Of a DNA stretch of 64,000 nucleotides, positions 12,772-25,745 are shown one piece after another (position 1 is the first letter of the stretch; each line of letters starts with the position of its first letter). The stretch is from assembly GCA_011109175.1 (NCBI GenBank), contig RDEW01000002.1, positions 1,120,676-1,184,675 on the forward strand, given 5' to 3'. Made by a program: the position numbers and the translations under genes. This stretch comes from Dicyema japonicum. Its lineage: Eukaryota > Animalia > Dicyemida. The notes beneath the pieces were generated by a model. The model saw only the letters and a program-made list of their open reading frames with translations. It did no database searches and was not told the DNA's origin.

Positions 12772-15418
12772 AGTTATTATTATTATAAGCACTTATCGCT
12801 ATGTCATAGGACTTGACAAAGCATGTGCAACACGAGTTAGCAAATCACTGGTTAGTTTCATCCACTTCCTCCTATTCATAGCCGCAGCGCGCAACCAGTC
12901 CAGATCCTCTCCACTTGCAAGATGCCGTCCCATTTCTTTAAGGTCCTCGTCGAGAACGACTGCCAGTGTCGTCCTTGGGCGACCACGGAAACGGGGGGCC
13001 TCCAACATCAGTAATCCTCCATGGCTACGTTCGCGGGGGCATCTAGGTCCAGTCGCAGAATATGGCCGAAAAGCCTCCATCGTGTATCCAGAATCTCATT
13101 AGAAATTTTTGAGGTCTTCGTCCTCTTATAGAGAAGATTAGATGACATCCTCGTATCACTTCTTTCGAACATCATATGCCGTAGTTGGTCTCTATGAAAC
13201 GCATTAAGCCTCTTCAGTTCATTTCTTGAGCAGGCCCAGGTACCAGCGTTATACAGTAGTATGGGTTTCACTAGCGAGTTGTATAATCGAGTTTTTGTTA
13301 TAATGTCAAGGCCTTTTTTTGTGAAGCCAGATGTTCTTTAATCTGGAGAGGGCAGTTTGTGCTAGGGTTTTCCTTCTCGTAATTTCTTCATGGTCTCCTA
13401 GGAGGGAGCCAAGCTTTTTGCATTTGCGCCAGTACTCCTCTGTCCTTGTTTCTTCCCTCTTGAGTTCAGTTACGTCAGTCTTGTCCGGATTTACTGTTAG
13501 GAACCATTCGGCTAGTCTTCCAGACACTTCTTCCATCAAGCGGGTGAGCGGTATTTTGTCATTTGAAGTAAAGTCTACGTCGTCAGCATACGCAATAATG
13601 TTTGTCTTTTCACCCATTATCGGTTTTGACTCCCGTAAAGCAGCTTCAAGGTATATGACAAAAAGTATAGGTGATAATGGGTCTCCCTGTGGAGTGCCAA
13701 CAGTCGTCTCAAATCGGCGAGACAAGGCTCCCCCGACTCTTACAGTGAGCCAAGTATCAGCTAGGAGGGTGGTGGCCATTCTGACAGTTGAAGCGTCTAG
13801 GAAACTTTCCAAAACCAGTATTAGCCTCCGTCTGTCGACAGAGTCGAAGGCCCTCGAAATGTCGATTCCGAGGATGGTTGTAGACATTTTGAACTTTTGA
13901 ACGGCCGCAGATCTCCACTTGTGGGACCACAAAACATCGGAAGTAGATCTTCCTTTTCGGAATCCGCTGTGGTATGGCGACAGAAAAGTATCTAGGCGTC
14001 CTTCCATCCTTTGTAATGTTGTGTTCGCCAGAATTTTCCGAAGTGAATTCATTAATATGACCGGACGGAGGTTCTCCACCTTAGATCTTGGTTTATTCGC
14101 CTTATGTACAGGTATCAAGATACCCTCTCCCAGGGTCAGCGTGTGACCATAATAGTACATTTCATTCAGGATCCTAGCGATGCATTTATACAGCTTTTGG
14201 GTTCCATATTTGAAGAATTCACCAGCGAGTCCGTCGGGGCCAGGAGTCCTGTTGTTTTTCAACTTGGAACTCGCAAGTTCAACTTCATATGGTGTGATTT
14301 CCTCGTCCAATTTCCCTCGTTCTAGGATGATAGTGTCGTTCCTTGGATTGAAAAGTTTTCCAAAGTGGGCAGCGATAATTTCCGTCACTTCCCTTTGGTC
14401 CACAATTTGCGTTCCTTTGTCATCTCTTATCATTATCGGTTGATGGGCTCTATTTCCTTTCATCTGTTTCACAGCCTCGTAAAATCTAGCGTTGTCCTTG
14501 AGAGATTCTATCTTCTTAATCTGGTCCAGTACTTTATTTCTGTTATGCTGGCGTATAGTTTTTCTTATTTTTGCTTTGATAGTTTTTCTTTCTAGCCGCA
14601 ATTTTGATTTCACGTTCGAATCGTCAGTATTTTGATATAGCATCCATATGGTCTTCTGTTTATTGGCAAGGTCCTTCACCGTGTAAATTTCATTGTGCGA
14701 TGAAGTTTTCTCATTTTCTTTCAATAGATGCAGATTGTCTCCGATCACGCAGATTTATGTCTGGCTGGATGCATGAAGGCTGTATTGCATAAAAATAGGT
14801 TGTTCGTTTGACAGAAGTTAGCTAATAGAGTTCCCGGGAGATTTCTTTTCCCCCTACCATGCCTTCCCATGAATGTCTCATCGGTCGTAACCTGGGTGCC
14901 AGCTTTCGCATTTAGGTCTCCTGCGATCATTACTAGTGTTGAGAGAGCATACATGGAGAAAACAACAGAAAGACTGGTGTAAAAGTCATCAATCTCATCA
15001 GGGTTTTTATTAAGCCATCCACTGTGAGGGGCGTACACGTTTATTATAGTTAGATATTTCTTCGACGGGTTGAGGTCATCCAGTTTCAATTGCAACACCC
15101 CGATTCTATCATTCACATTGTAATATTGGCAGACTCTCTTGGATAGATCTTTCCTGACTGCAAATCCTAGCCCATAGTGCTTGTTTCCACCTGGAAGGAA
15201 GATTAGTCGGAAGTTCCCATGTTGTTCTTCGATCCCGTTTATAAGTTTGGTCTCCTGAAGGCAGGCGATTGAAACCTTGTATTTTGAAAGATCCTCGACC
15301 AGTTCCTTCCGTTTCCAAACGCTAGAAAGTCCCCTGACGTTAAACGTGAGAAGGGAGAAGTCCAATGGCTTGAAACTGTGTTTTCCAGACATTGAGATCA
15401 AGAGCCACGTCACCATCT
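12772..15418 (-). mobile_element. RTE-clade LINE, near full length, with internal deletion and frameshifts
   Basis: TFNVRGL, CLQETK, NVYAP, GDLNAK endonuclease; PGPDG, GFRKGRST, DISRAFD, QGDPLSP, YADD RT; KKLGSLL, GRPR; (TAA)n tail at about 12772-12787. Confidence 0.95.
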
Positions 15419-16825
15419 CATGTGACTTTCCTGGTGATATATTTAGACGGATCTTCAGGAACCAAAGACTCATCAGGTTTAGTAGATCTTGACGGACCGT
15501 GTCACCTCGATTCTTCGATATTTCACTGCGACCACGAGATCATCCGCATACAATAAAAGAATTGTGTTTTTGGTGGTTGGGAATGGTAAGTCACTGAGGA
15601 ACATGTTGAAGAACATTGGTGACAACGGTGATCCTTGTGAAACTACATTTGGAAGGTATCGCCGTTTTGATTTTTGGTTGTTTGCCACCACTTGGCCCAT
15701 TCGACCGTTGATGAAGTTAGCCAACCATGACTTGAATTTAGGGTGGATCGACGTCGTAAAAATTTTTGCTGTAAGGATCTTCCGGGATACTGAGTCAAAA
15801 GCCTTCTCTACATCCACTGAGACCAGCACGGTTCTCTCGTGTGGATTTGGGGTATTCAGGCTGTCCGAAATGAATTGAACCAGTTTTGTTGGATGAGTTG
15901 TTGTTGAATGTCCTTCGCGGAATCCGTACAAAAGATGGTAGAGTTATGAAAGGACGGTTCTTGAGAATGACAAGTTTTTCTAACACTCGTGATAAGGCGC
16001 AGATGATGGATACCGGGCGGTATGAGGACGAGCAGTTTGGTGGTTTGTTTTTTTTCAGGATAGGGTGTATCAGAGATTTCTTCCATATTGACGGATTCTT
16101 GTTCTCGTTTATTGGGAGGTTGAAAATTTGTGTTATTGCAACGGTCGCGGAAGGACCCATATGTTTCAGTTCGAGAATGGAGATGTCATCTGAACCGCGG
16201 GACGACGAGTTATTCATTTTCCTGATTACTGAGTGCACCATTGATGGGTCGAAGAAAGTCATGTTGGGACATTTATTCCTTCGACCATTGCCAGAACGAA
16301 CATTCAGGTGAATCGCTTGAGTTCGGGGCTGTAGCCGCTGGGGCATGACGGTGGAGTGGATATGTAGATATTGACAACTGTCAATCGGAGAGAGGGTATG
16401 CAAATTCTCAGAGTTAGATGTTCCAGTGTGTCGTCTTGGCGGGAGGTGGCCGGGATGTCGTCTGAGATATTTCTGGTCTTTATATGCTTCCTGATTAGAG
16501 TAATGACTCTGTCTCCCTTTCCATGACCTGTCTCGTCTGAAAAAGGAATATCCAGGAAAGTTGGGGATTGTCGCCGTGGGTTAAGTTTCGTCTTTTGGAA
16601 AAGAGCTATATCCACCGAGTATTTTATGAGAAAGCGTTGTAGTTCGGATGTTAATTTGTAATATGAATAGATTTAGTCCACGATTCTCCTCGACATCGCC
16701 ACAGGAAAGGAATAGGATTCGACATCATTTTCGCGTCCATGGTTGCGGGATGGGGAGTTAGGGACTCTTTTCCAACACTTCAAGTGAGCGATGCCACCAC
16801 GTATGCAGTCACACTGCATGAAATT
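15419..16825 (-). mobile_element. APE-LINE with PHD-like finger, 2A-like peptide, partial APE and RT; 3' part replaced by RTE
   Basis: CDCIRGGIAHLKC, SCGDVEENRGL, ILQINI, DIALFQKTKL, NIYI, SYRPVS, VDVEKAFDSV, QGSPLSP, YADD. Confidence 0.9.
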
Positions 16826-17333
16826 CAAAAAATAGGATTTTGTGGATCAATAGTTACTGGGTTATGGAGCATAAGCAGGTTATCGAAACGAACTGTGTTG
16901 CCATTATTTTTATAAACTGTTTTTTTACTCAAATTGTGAACATTAGTAATAGCACAAAGAATGGTGACACAATTATGACTCCATTGTTCCACAACAAACA
17001 AGGATATATTGCTAATTATAATAGTGAGATTATAATTTTTACTTGACGCAGTAACAAAACACACTTTTGTATTTGTTTAAATTTTATGAGATAAAATTAA
17101 TAATAAAAATGCATAAAATAATTAAAAGACTAAAAATAAAGATAAATTATTATAAATTAAAATAATATATATTAATTTAGCATAATATTAAAAGCACGAT
17201 AGCAATCAACCAAACCACTGTATTGCTGTTTGATTTTAAATGTAATTCAAATTTTAAATTATTTTTATTTAAACGAGCGTTTAATATGCTTATTATTTTT
17301 ATTGTCCTTATTACACATTTTACTCAATTAGAA

Positions 17334-18376
17334 ATGGAAAATTCAAATATCCCCGCTCTTCCTTCTGAAAAGAATCGTCTTTTTAAACGAAAATGCGAAT
17401 CCGCGGGAGGATCAAAGGGACCTGTCGACGTCTTCTTCTCCAAACGACCTAAACTGGATACCAGTCCCATCAATCAGTCCCAGACATTTACGCCAAATAA
17501 TCAAAAACCCAAAGGCCACCTTACACTATCTACCACAGGAGATCAGAAGGTCGTAAGGATCGCTTCAGGGACTGAGGTCGTGTGAGTTCTAACAGCAGAC
17601 TGGTGATATTGCACGTGCTACTCCAGTAAAGGCAGTCATGTCAACATCCACTGATAGAAGAGGAATGTCCGTTATTATAAAGCCCTCAGAATATTCAGTT
17701 ATCCATTTGTATCATTAAGGTGTCTGATGATGAGGACTACCCACGCACTGTGAGGACCTACAGACAGACGGATGCTGGTTCTAGAAAGCCATGCAACTGT
17801 TCAAAGTCCCGCTGTCTCAAACTGTACTGTAATGCTGTGATTAAAGGTATTGTGAGTGCTTTGCTGCGGGATTTTTGTGCGACAATTGTAATTGTGTTGG
17901 ATGTCACAACACCACTTCTCATTCTGCTGAACGAAATGCTGTGATAAAGTCACTAATGAGCAGAAACCCCTACGCCTTTGCACCTAAGATAGGTCGGCTT
18001 AATATTTACAGTAGACGAACATTCTCACCATAAAGGGTGTAATTGTAGAAGATCAGCCTGCTTGAAGAACTACTGTGAGTGCTATGGGGTAACAGATTAG
18101 CTAATGTTTAGGCCGGGATCCCTTGTAGTGTTCTCTGTAGATGTGAGGGTTGTAGGAATTCTGAGTCAAAGTTTGATAGGAGGGATAGACGGATGTCTGA
18201 CTACTCACGATTGAACTATGTGAAACCTCAGACGACTCCTTGGAGGAGGTTAGTGAACTTATATAATCAGTGTGTCGACTATTAAGGATGACAAGAAGTC
18301 ATTGGAGGAGTTTGAGGAGTATATAACCTCAACCAAGGAGCGTATTCATAGACTTAATGGTTTTGTTTTTGTTTAG
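17334..18376 (+). CDS. LIN54: LIN54/tesmin-like CRC (tandem CXC) domain protein, 6 micro-introns
   Basis: Spliced [22 protein letters not shown]...[36 protein letters not shown]...CRCEGCRN; introns 22-23 nt GT-AG. Confidence 0.88.
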
Positions 18377-18734
18377 TATATTAGTTCGTCAACAAAATAT
18401 AAATAATAATTAGTATAATTTTTGATTAAACGATATTCCTAATTTCATTCATTTTTATTTTGTCTTTAATTTAATATCTCTCACTGGAGGTTGTGACTGA
18501 GTTTGGTGATGACAATTTATCTAACGAGGAGAAAATGGGGAGAGAAGTGACAGATTTCTTCCAACTCTCGGAGAAAATCGCCTAAATTTACTCCAAATAG
18601 ACCCTAATTTAGTTGCTAAAGGACGAGTGCATAACTACCAGACTAATTTAATTTTACACTAATTTATTAGACATTTATCGATTATTGGAATAAAGTGGTT
18701 CTAATATTGTTGAGTTTATTGATTTATAATGATA

Positions 18735-18925
18735 ACCGGGATGGCGCATTGTCTTGATGGCCCTGGGAATGAATCTCGATGGTGTACATTCCGACTGAAG
18801 GTTACACCTATCTACGATGCTTTAGTTATGAGGAATGACGCCGTAATCAGTGAATACTTCACTGAGGATCAGATCGTCTGCAAAGGACTCATGCGAAGAA
18901 AAAAGAAGTTAAAGAACAATCTTTG
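18735..18925 (+). mobile_element. Old diverged copy of the tRNA-derived SINE
   Basis: TCTACGATGC...TGACGCCGTAATCAGTGAATAC...CAAAGGAC core shared with 42585-42908. Confidence 0.55.
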
Positions 18926-19186
18926 ACATGTGCCGCACTCAGGTCATTTACACGATAACATTTGTGAATTGAATTCCAATAACTCCTGTGCATGGTGAAT
19001 CACAGTGTTGAGGTTCTAATGGTATGAAAATGAATCATTATGTAACTTATCTACATGACACTGTAAGTATTCAGTGATGGGATCGTTCAAACCTATGACA
19101 TTAAATGATAGACGGTCAATGCTCTGAAAGTCTCATATGTGATTAAGGCACAATTGAGTCACTAAATCTACCAAAATGTGTTCTGC

Positions 19187-22100
19187 CTATGTGGAGCTTA
19201 ATGGTATCGTGAAGACTGTTATTATGAAAACAAAATTATTTTTTGAAATATTTAATTTTGGAGAAAACATTTGATTGAAATTCTTTTCCCTGTTAATCAA
19301 TTCAGCTGATAATAATTTTTTTCTTGCTTTAATAAAATTATAATCACAAACTAATAGTCGTCTCACATCATTCTCCAATTCCTCAATACGATTGTATAAT
19401 GATTTTGCTTCACATTTTAGTTTTTCTGATTCCCCCTGAGTTCTATCCAACCTTCAATCAAAAATAAAGTTAAACTCTTCTTTGAGTTGATTTCTCACTT
19501 CTGACTCTTCACTGTGGACTTTATCGTTTTCAGTCGTCATTTGCTCAATCTTATCTCGATAAATCAGAATTAACTCATTTAATCTCTTCTGCAGAGTCTC
19601 TTCCCAGGTTTTATTCACTTTTCTGAAATTACAAGTGAAAACCCAACATTAATTTTTCTTGATTTTGCTGACTCAGTTCATTCATTTCACTAACGAGTCG
19701 TTCGTTCTGGGATACGTGGTCTGATATTTGTTCCGCATACTTGTTTTTTGAATCAACAAGATCTCTGTTTGTCCTACTCAGTCCATCCATGGCATCTGAA
19801 AGATCACGAATCTTTGAATTCAACTCGGATATCTTCTTTACATACAAAATACAACCTCCACCGAATGTGCTTCCCCCTTAATTTTAAATTCTCTGTTTAT
19901 GCTTTCAATTTGTGTTTTGTGATGATCCTTTAATCTTTGTAATTCGTGATCTCTTCCCTGATTGAAGTCAACTAACTGTCGGTCTCAAAAAGATCAAATA
20001 GGCAACCCAAAGCGATCTTTCCTTCTTCCGCTATTTTGCTGAGTTCTTTCGAATGCACACTTTTCAGGGATTTCTCTAAATATGCTACAGTCAACGCATT
20101 TTCGTGGCAAAGTCGGGATATTTCGTTCTTTAAATGAAAATATTATCTCTTACTCTATATTGACTCTTTATCGTCCCCACGTGGTCCCTTAATGAGTGAT
20201 TTAGTGATTTTATTTTGTCCAACTCACTATTAATGATAATTATCATGTCCTTTAGGGCTGTCTTAATGACAGAAAGGGCAGCAGAAGTGCTGGTGGCTTG
20301 GTGTCTCACATTGTTCCCCCAAACGGAAAGTTTTGTATTTAATTTCCCGCAAAATGTATTTGACCAATGAACGGATGCCTTAAGTTTTGCAATCAATTCG
20401 TCCTGTTTTACAATTTTGGATGATTTATTACTCAGAGTGACTTCAAAGTCACGACACTTTTGTGTTAATGAGTCATTCAGTCTGATTTGTCCGTCTAATT
20501 GTGCTTGCATGTGGGATCTATGTTTACTCAGGCAAAACTACAGTCCACTCTGGTACTCTTGTGTCAGTTTTTCGTAATCCACACTTTTTGAACTTACAGA
20601 GGATAGAGCAGTCTCAGACTCCTTCAATTTGACTTCCAGGGTTTTCAAGGATTTCTGGTTTATTAGACAATTTCAACCTCCAAAGCATCGTTCTCCAACT
20701 TCAAAGTGCTCATTTGCTCCACCAATGACATATTCTCAGTCTTAGAGACACTCAGTGATTTTACCACTGCCTTCAGTCTTTCATTACTTTGACTGATTTG
20801 AGTTTCAAATTTATCTCTCTGCTTCTTCTCTTCGTTAATCTATAAAATACTCCACTTAACATACTTGAACTTCAAACTCAGTTTTTTGTGTTTCCAGGGA
20901 TGTCTTGAGATCTCTAATAACAACATCCCTGTCATTAATCTGACTGCTGTGACTCAGACTTTGCTGATCGTACTTCTATAATAATTTGACGTGGCCACTA
21001 CCATTTGAAGACCAATTAGTTCTTTATCCGTTGTTTCTTTGTATTCGCTCATTTCCCTCTCTAACCTTGTCTTCAAGTCATCTGGAGATTCGACGTTCTT
21101 TAGTTTCTTTTCAAGTTCCTTAATTTGGGAGGATGAAGTTAGACATTTCTCCTTCCACGACTTTGATTGCGACTGCCAGGATTTAACCTTTGTTTCCAAT
21201 GCTTTCGACTTGTCCTGCACGTAAAAGGAGTGCTAACCTGAAGGATAGCATTTTCTGATTTGATGTTACTGTTGTGCTGCTTTAACTTTACACTTTCACT
21301 GAGAATATCGTCAATGTTAATGAGATCTGTCTGCAGTGAATTGTCAGTCATCATTGGAGGACATATTCTGCTTTCCAGTATTATTTTCTTGGTTGAAACC
21401 TGAATTTGTTGATTCGACACGTCCCTCACTGAGCATAACGACTTTTTCACAATAATCAACTCATTCTTGAATAAATTGCAGTCCGCGGCAATTTTGCGGA
21501 GTCTTTTGTTAATAAATTCCTTGTCTTGGTTTATTTTGCGACTTTGTTGATTATATTTCTTTAAAAGCAAGTCATTCGACTCTTCAAGTTTCAATTTGTC
21601 CCTTTTTAGTGAATTGATTGCTGTCCTTCTCTCAGCCTCGTTGATGTCTGTCCTGTTTGAAAAGGTTGTTAAGGAATTGCCAAATTTACCCAAAAGTTGG
21701 CCAACATAAGATTTCACTTCACTCAATTTGATTTTGGACTTTGTAAGCTGATTAGACAAGTCCAAAATGCCACAGGGGACCGAGTCAGCTTTCTCGGTTA
21801 ACCTTACTTCTAAGATCCTCGATTTCTCGTCTATGATTCAATCGGATGTGTTACTTGTAAGAGTTTATGTCATCACTTAAATTCTTCTTCTCAGTCTCTG
21901 ATTGTTCAATGCAGTTTTTGAGGGAAGCAACCTCATCATTGTGTTTAGTTACCATTTCATCAACCTAATAAAACAGCGAATTACTTGTTTTAGGTGGTCT
22001 TCCCTTATTTTTGTAAAATTACTCAAAAAGTTGTACTTTTCTTCATTAAAATTACGTTTGAGTTGGTTTATTTCACTTTGTTTGTCTTGATTCGACTGTT

Positions 22101-22388
22101 TGAGTTCGTTTATTTTGTTTAGCAAATATTCCTACCGTAAATAATAGTGTCACATTATCCGACAATAAATCCCTAAAAGTTTCAATTTGAGCATTCAAAT
22201 CGTCAAAAACATATTTATTTTCCCGCGTTAATTCATCATGTAGTGTTTGTACCACATAATCATTGTCATCACTTCTTGACTTTAAATTATATATAACCTA
22301 ATGTTAACCATCAACTGACTTTGGTAAGTTGAGCTATTTTCTTGCACATTTTGTAATGATTGTCATTATTGGATTCACCAAACTCCAT
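19187..22388 (-). CDS. FAM184A: FAM184A/B-like long coiled-coil protein, more than 10 micro-introns
   Basis: N-terminal HYKMCKKIAQLTK|VIYNL and C-terminal ELINREKNFNQMF are FAM184 signatures; 3' end and A/B paralogue uncertain. Confidence 0.8.
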
Positions 22389-22509
22389 TATGTTCCCATA
22401 GTGATAATATTTTATATTCCCTACTATTTAATTTCATTTTAAACATATCATTTTTTATTAAAAATATTTAAATTTTTAAATCTAAATTTTCTTTTTATTT
22501 ATAAAGAAT

Positions 22510-23929
22510 CGGGCCTGACCCCCTTTTTGAAAAAATCGCTACACTACTAAATGAAATGTTTTCAACTAACTCAACCTTGCCCCTGGGAACGGGATTACTA
22601 ATACCTATACAAAAACCCAATAAACCCAAAGGACCGATTGAAAACTTACGACCTATTATATTATCAAATTCTCTACGGAAAGTCTTAGCTAACATTGTAT
22701 TGGAACGAATAAAAGGACCCGCCTATGAATACCCTCGAAAGTCAAAGTGGGTTCAGAGAAGGAAGATCAACAACTGATGCAGTCTGGAGTCACAGATGGA
22801 GATGTGCAACACATCAAAGATATTGCAATGCCGCCCACATTCTGGGAATAGATCTATCAAAAGCCTTTGACTCGGTTAACAGGAAAAAATTAATGACAGT
22901 GCTGGAAAGTTTTATTGACGAATCGAGTCTAAGAATGATTCAAATCCTTCTATCTAACACATAACTCCTTGTGAGAGTTGGAAAAACCTACTTAAGAAAA
23001 TTTGAAACAAACACAGGCACTCCTCATGGAGACTCCCTCTCTCCCCTACTATTCACAATATACTTGGAGGCCGCTATGAGGAAACTGAAACCATTATATC
23101 AAGGAAAAATAGAAGAAGTGATTTATGCTGATGATGTCGACCTAATTTCTGAAGACAAAGAACTCTTGAGCATGTACTAGAAAAAGCACAGATATACTTG
23201 AGAAATGGTTTCTCACCGTGAACAGGGAAAAAACAGAACGGGACAGAGATAAGACGAATGAACAACTCACTCGAAGAAAAATGGAGACACATAAAGAAAC
23301 TAGGATCTCTACTAGGAGATAGCGAAGACATTATACGGAGAAAAACATTGGCAAATGCGACATTACAGGCTGAAAAATCTTTGGTTAAAACGGAAAAGGT
23401 ATAACATAAAACAAAGATTATGTTATACGACACCTTCATCAAACCAATCCTACTATACAACTTTGGGACCTGGGCCATTTCTAAAGAGGAATTGGAGAGG
23501 CTAGACTCATTTCACAAATCATCTAAGAAACATAACTGGAATGTCCTGGCCATCCAAGATCTCGCGGAATGGACTGTACAATAAGTGTGACTGTATACCA
23601 TTAAGCCATGAGATCATTAGCTCTTGTTGGAGACTTTTTGGACACGTCCTGAGGTTGGACCCGATATCCCTCCGAATATCGCAATGGAAGATTACTACTC
23701 CTCCAATGTAAAACGCTTTCGTGGAAGACCGAGAACTACCCTCCCGGTCGTTCTACAAAACGATCTGAAAGCCGTGAAGAAAACATTGGCATCTGGTGAC
23801 GATTTGGACTCACTGAGGGACCTAGCAAAGAACAGAAGAGCTTGGAGCAACCTAACTAATTCTCTTATATTTTTTGCTGCACATGCGGGCTATAAATATT
23901 ATGGCTCTCGTGAAAGTGCTAATAATAAT
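22510..23929 (+). mobile_element. RTE LINE, 5'-truncated
   Basis: LRPIIL, GFREGRST, DLSKAFDSV, HGDSLSP, YADD, KKLGSLL, GRPRTT; (TAA)n tail. Confidence 0.9.
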
Positions 23930-24221
23930 GTTGCTCCCGAGGATCTCCGAGCCTTGACTAGATTGAGTATCCAATCTCTCGGAGACCACCTCTGGCAACA
24001 GTCCTATTCCTACGGAGGTTTTGAATTTTACTTATTTTTAAAACAAATCATATTTGAAACATTCGAGACCATTAGCTTCTATACAAACAATTTGTTATGT
24101 CGAATATCGATAGTGATAATATTTTATATTCCCTACTATTTAATTTCATTTTAAACATATCATTTTTTATTTAAAAGATTTAAATTTTTAATTCTAAATT
24201 TTCTTTTTATTTATAAGAATT

Positions 24222-24905
24222 CACTGAGCCAATGCCGGTAAAGAATACGAATAAGACATAGTGCAATAGAGATGTCGTCACCACCTCAACCAAAAAATAC
24301 CGACTTCTCCGTTCACTCTGGGAACTTTCAATTGCAGAGGACTTAAACAACCTCACAAGAAACACCAACTGGTATGCGACCTAGCCACAAGAAGAGAATA
24401 GAACTAAACACAAGGTTTAGAATATACAAAGCTATTGTCATCCCGGTATTAATCTAAAACTCTCGGATTTGGAGAATCTCTAAACGGGAGATGGACCGTC
24501 TTGATTCTTTCCACAGAGCACGGCTCAAATCGGTAATCAAGATTAACTGGCCTATGAAGATCTCTGATGCAAACCTTTATAATAAATGCAAATACGGCGT
24601 GCTGTAAGATGATATTTTCAATCAAGACGTCTAAATGACCAGGTCACCGCAAATTTCACATTGGTCAACTACTTCGCACACACAAGAGCCGGATTTCGCG
24701 GAAGACCGAGAATGACACTTCCGACTATCTTGAACGAATACCTATCGGCGATTGGTATGAGACTAACTTCGGCGGACGATCTGGACTACCTAAGAGAAAT
24801 AGTGCGCATCATGGTCGAGGTTGACGGAGAGGATGATTAGGAATACGGCACAAGGGAAACTTAACTAATTTATGTTTTCTCGGGAGTGCTTTTAATAATA
24901 ATAAT
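24222..24905 (+). mobile_element. RTE LINE of a different subfamily, internally deleted
   Basis: LGTFNCRGL (endonuclease start) joined to RIYKAIVIPVL...LDSFHR...GRPRMTL; (TAA)n tail. Confidence 0.8.
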
Positions 24906-25399
24906 GCCGCTCCCGAGGATCTCCGAGCCTTGACTAGATTGAGTATCCAATCTCTCGGAAACCACCTCTGGCAATAGTCCTGTTCCCACTAAAGTTTTGA
25001 ATTTTACTTATTTTTAAAACAAATCATATTTGAAACATTTGAGACCATTAGCTTTTATACAAACAATTTGTTATGCCGAATATCGAGTAGAACATGAAAG
25101 GCCACGTGGTGCCAACAATATTGTGATGACACTTGATTGAAAATTTCTATTTGTTTCGTCTGCTTTCCTCTCTTCTTTTCAACTAGAGTGGCGTCATGTG
25201 ATCCACCTATCTTAAGTGGCAGCGTGTCACGAAAAAAAGTCATTTTCTCTTTTCACTCAATTGGAGGGGTTCCCAAAACAGCAAGGAATGACGTTTTTTA
25301 CTTTTATGTTGATTCTGGATGAGCTTTTGTGACATTATAAGGACTCTGTTTCTGTGACAGTGGTAACTGGATTCACTTAATTAGTTGTTAACTGTTGGG

Positions 25400-25745
25400 G
25401 GTTAATAATATGTATTGAGTACACTTGTGATGCATGGATTGCCAGGCTATCACTATTGGCACAAACTGGAAGTATTATAAAACCGACGTCTCAGAATATT
25501 ATTGAGATAGTGAAAAAAGATACTGACATTGTTACTACAAAAATACTAAACGACCATTTAATCATGGAATACCTTACGGAACGCCATAGAGACTTCATCA
25601 AGAAGGCAAAGTCTCCTAAACATCCCCTTGGCCGGAAGTCAAACTATTTATGGACGCTTGCTCGAGATGGAAGCTTGATACGGACACCAGGATCACTTAA
25701 CTTAACCCTTGTCCTCTTTTTGTGATTTCGAGGTTAATAAAATAA
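25400..25745 (+). mobile_element. APE-LINE 3'-end fragment
   Basis: MEYLTERHRDF...HPLG; ACACCAGGATCACTTAA...GAGGTTAATAAAA terminus. Confidence 0.7.

Larger units (their letters stand above)
22399..25087. repeat. Local tandem duplication A-RTE1-B / A'-RTE2-B'
   Basis: 22399-22509 matches 24110-24221; 23930-24109 matches 24906-25087. Confidence 0.85.

Noticed and set aside
13331-14595. Long plus-strand ORFs over LINE ORFs (also 3367-4384, 15489-16311)
   Set aside because: Antisense shadows of retrotransposon coding frames
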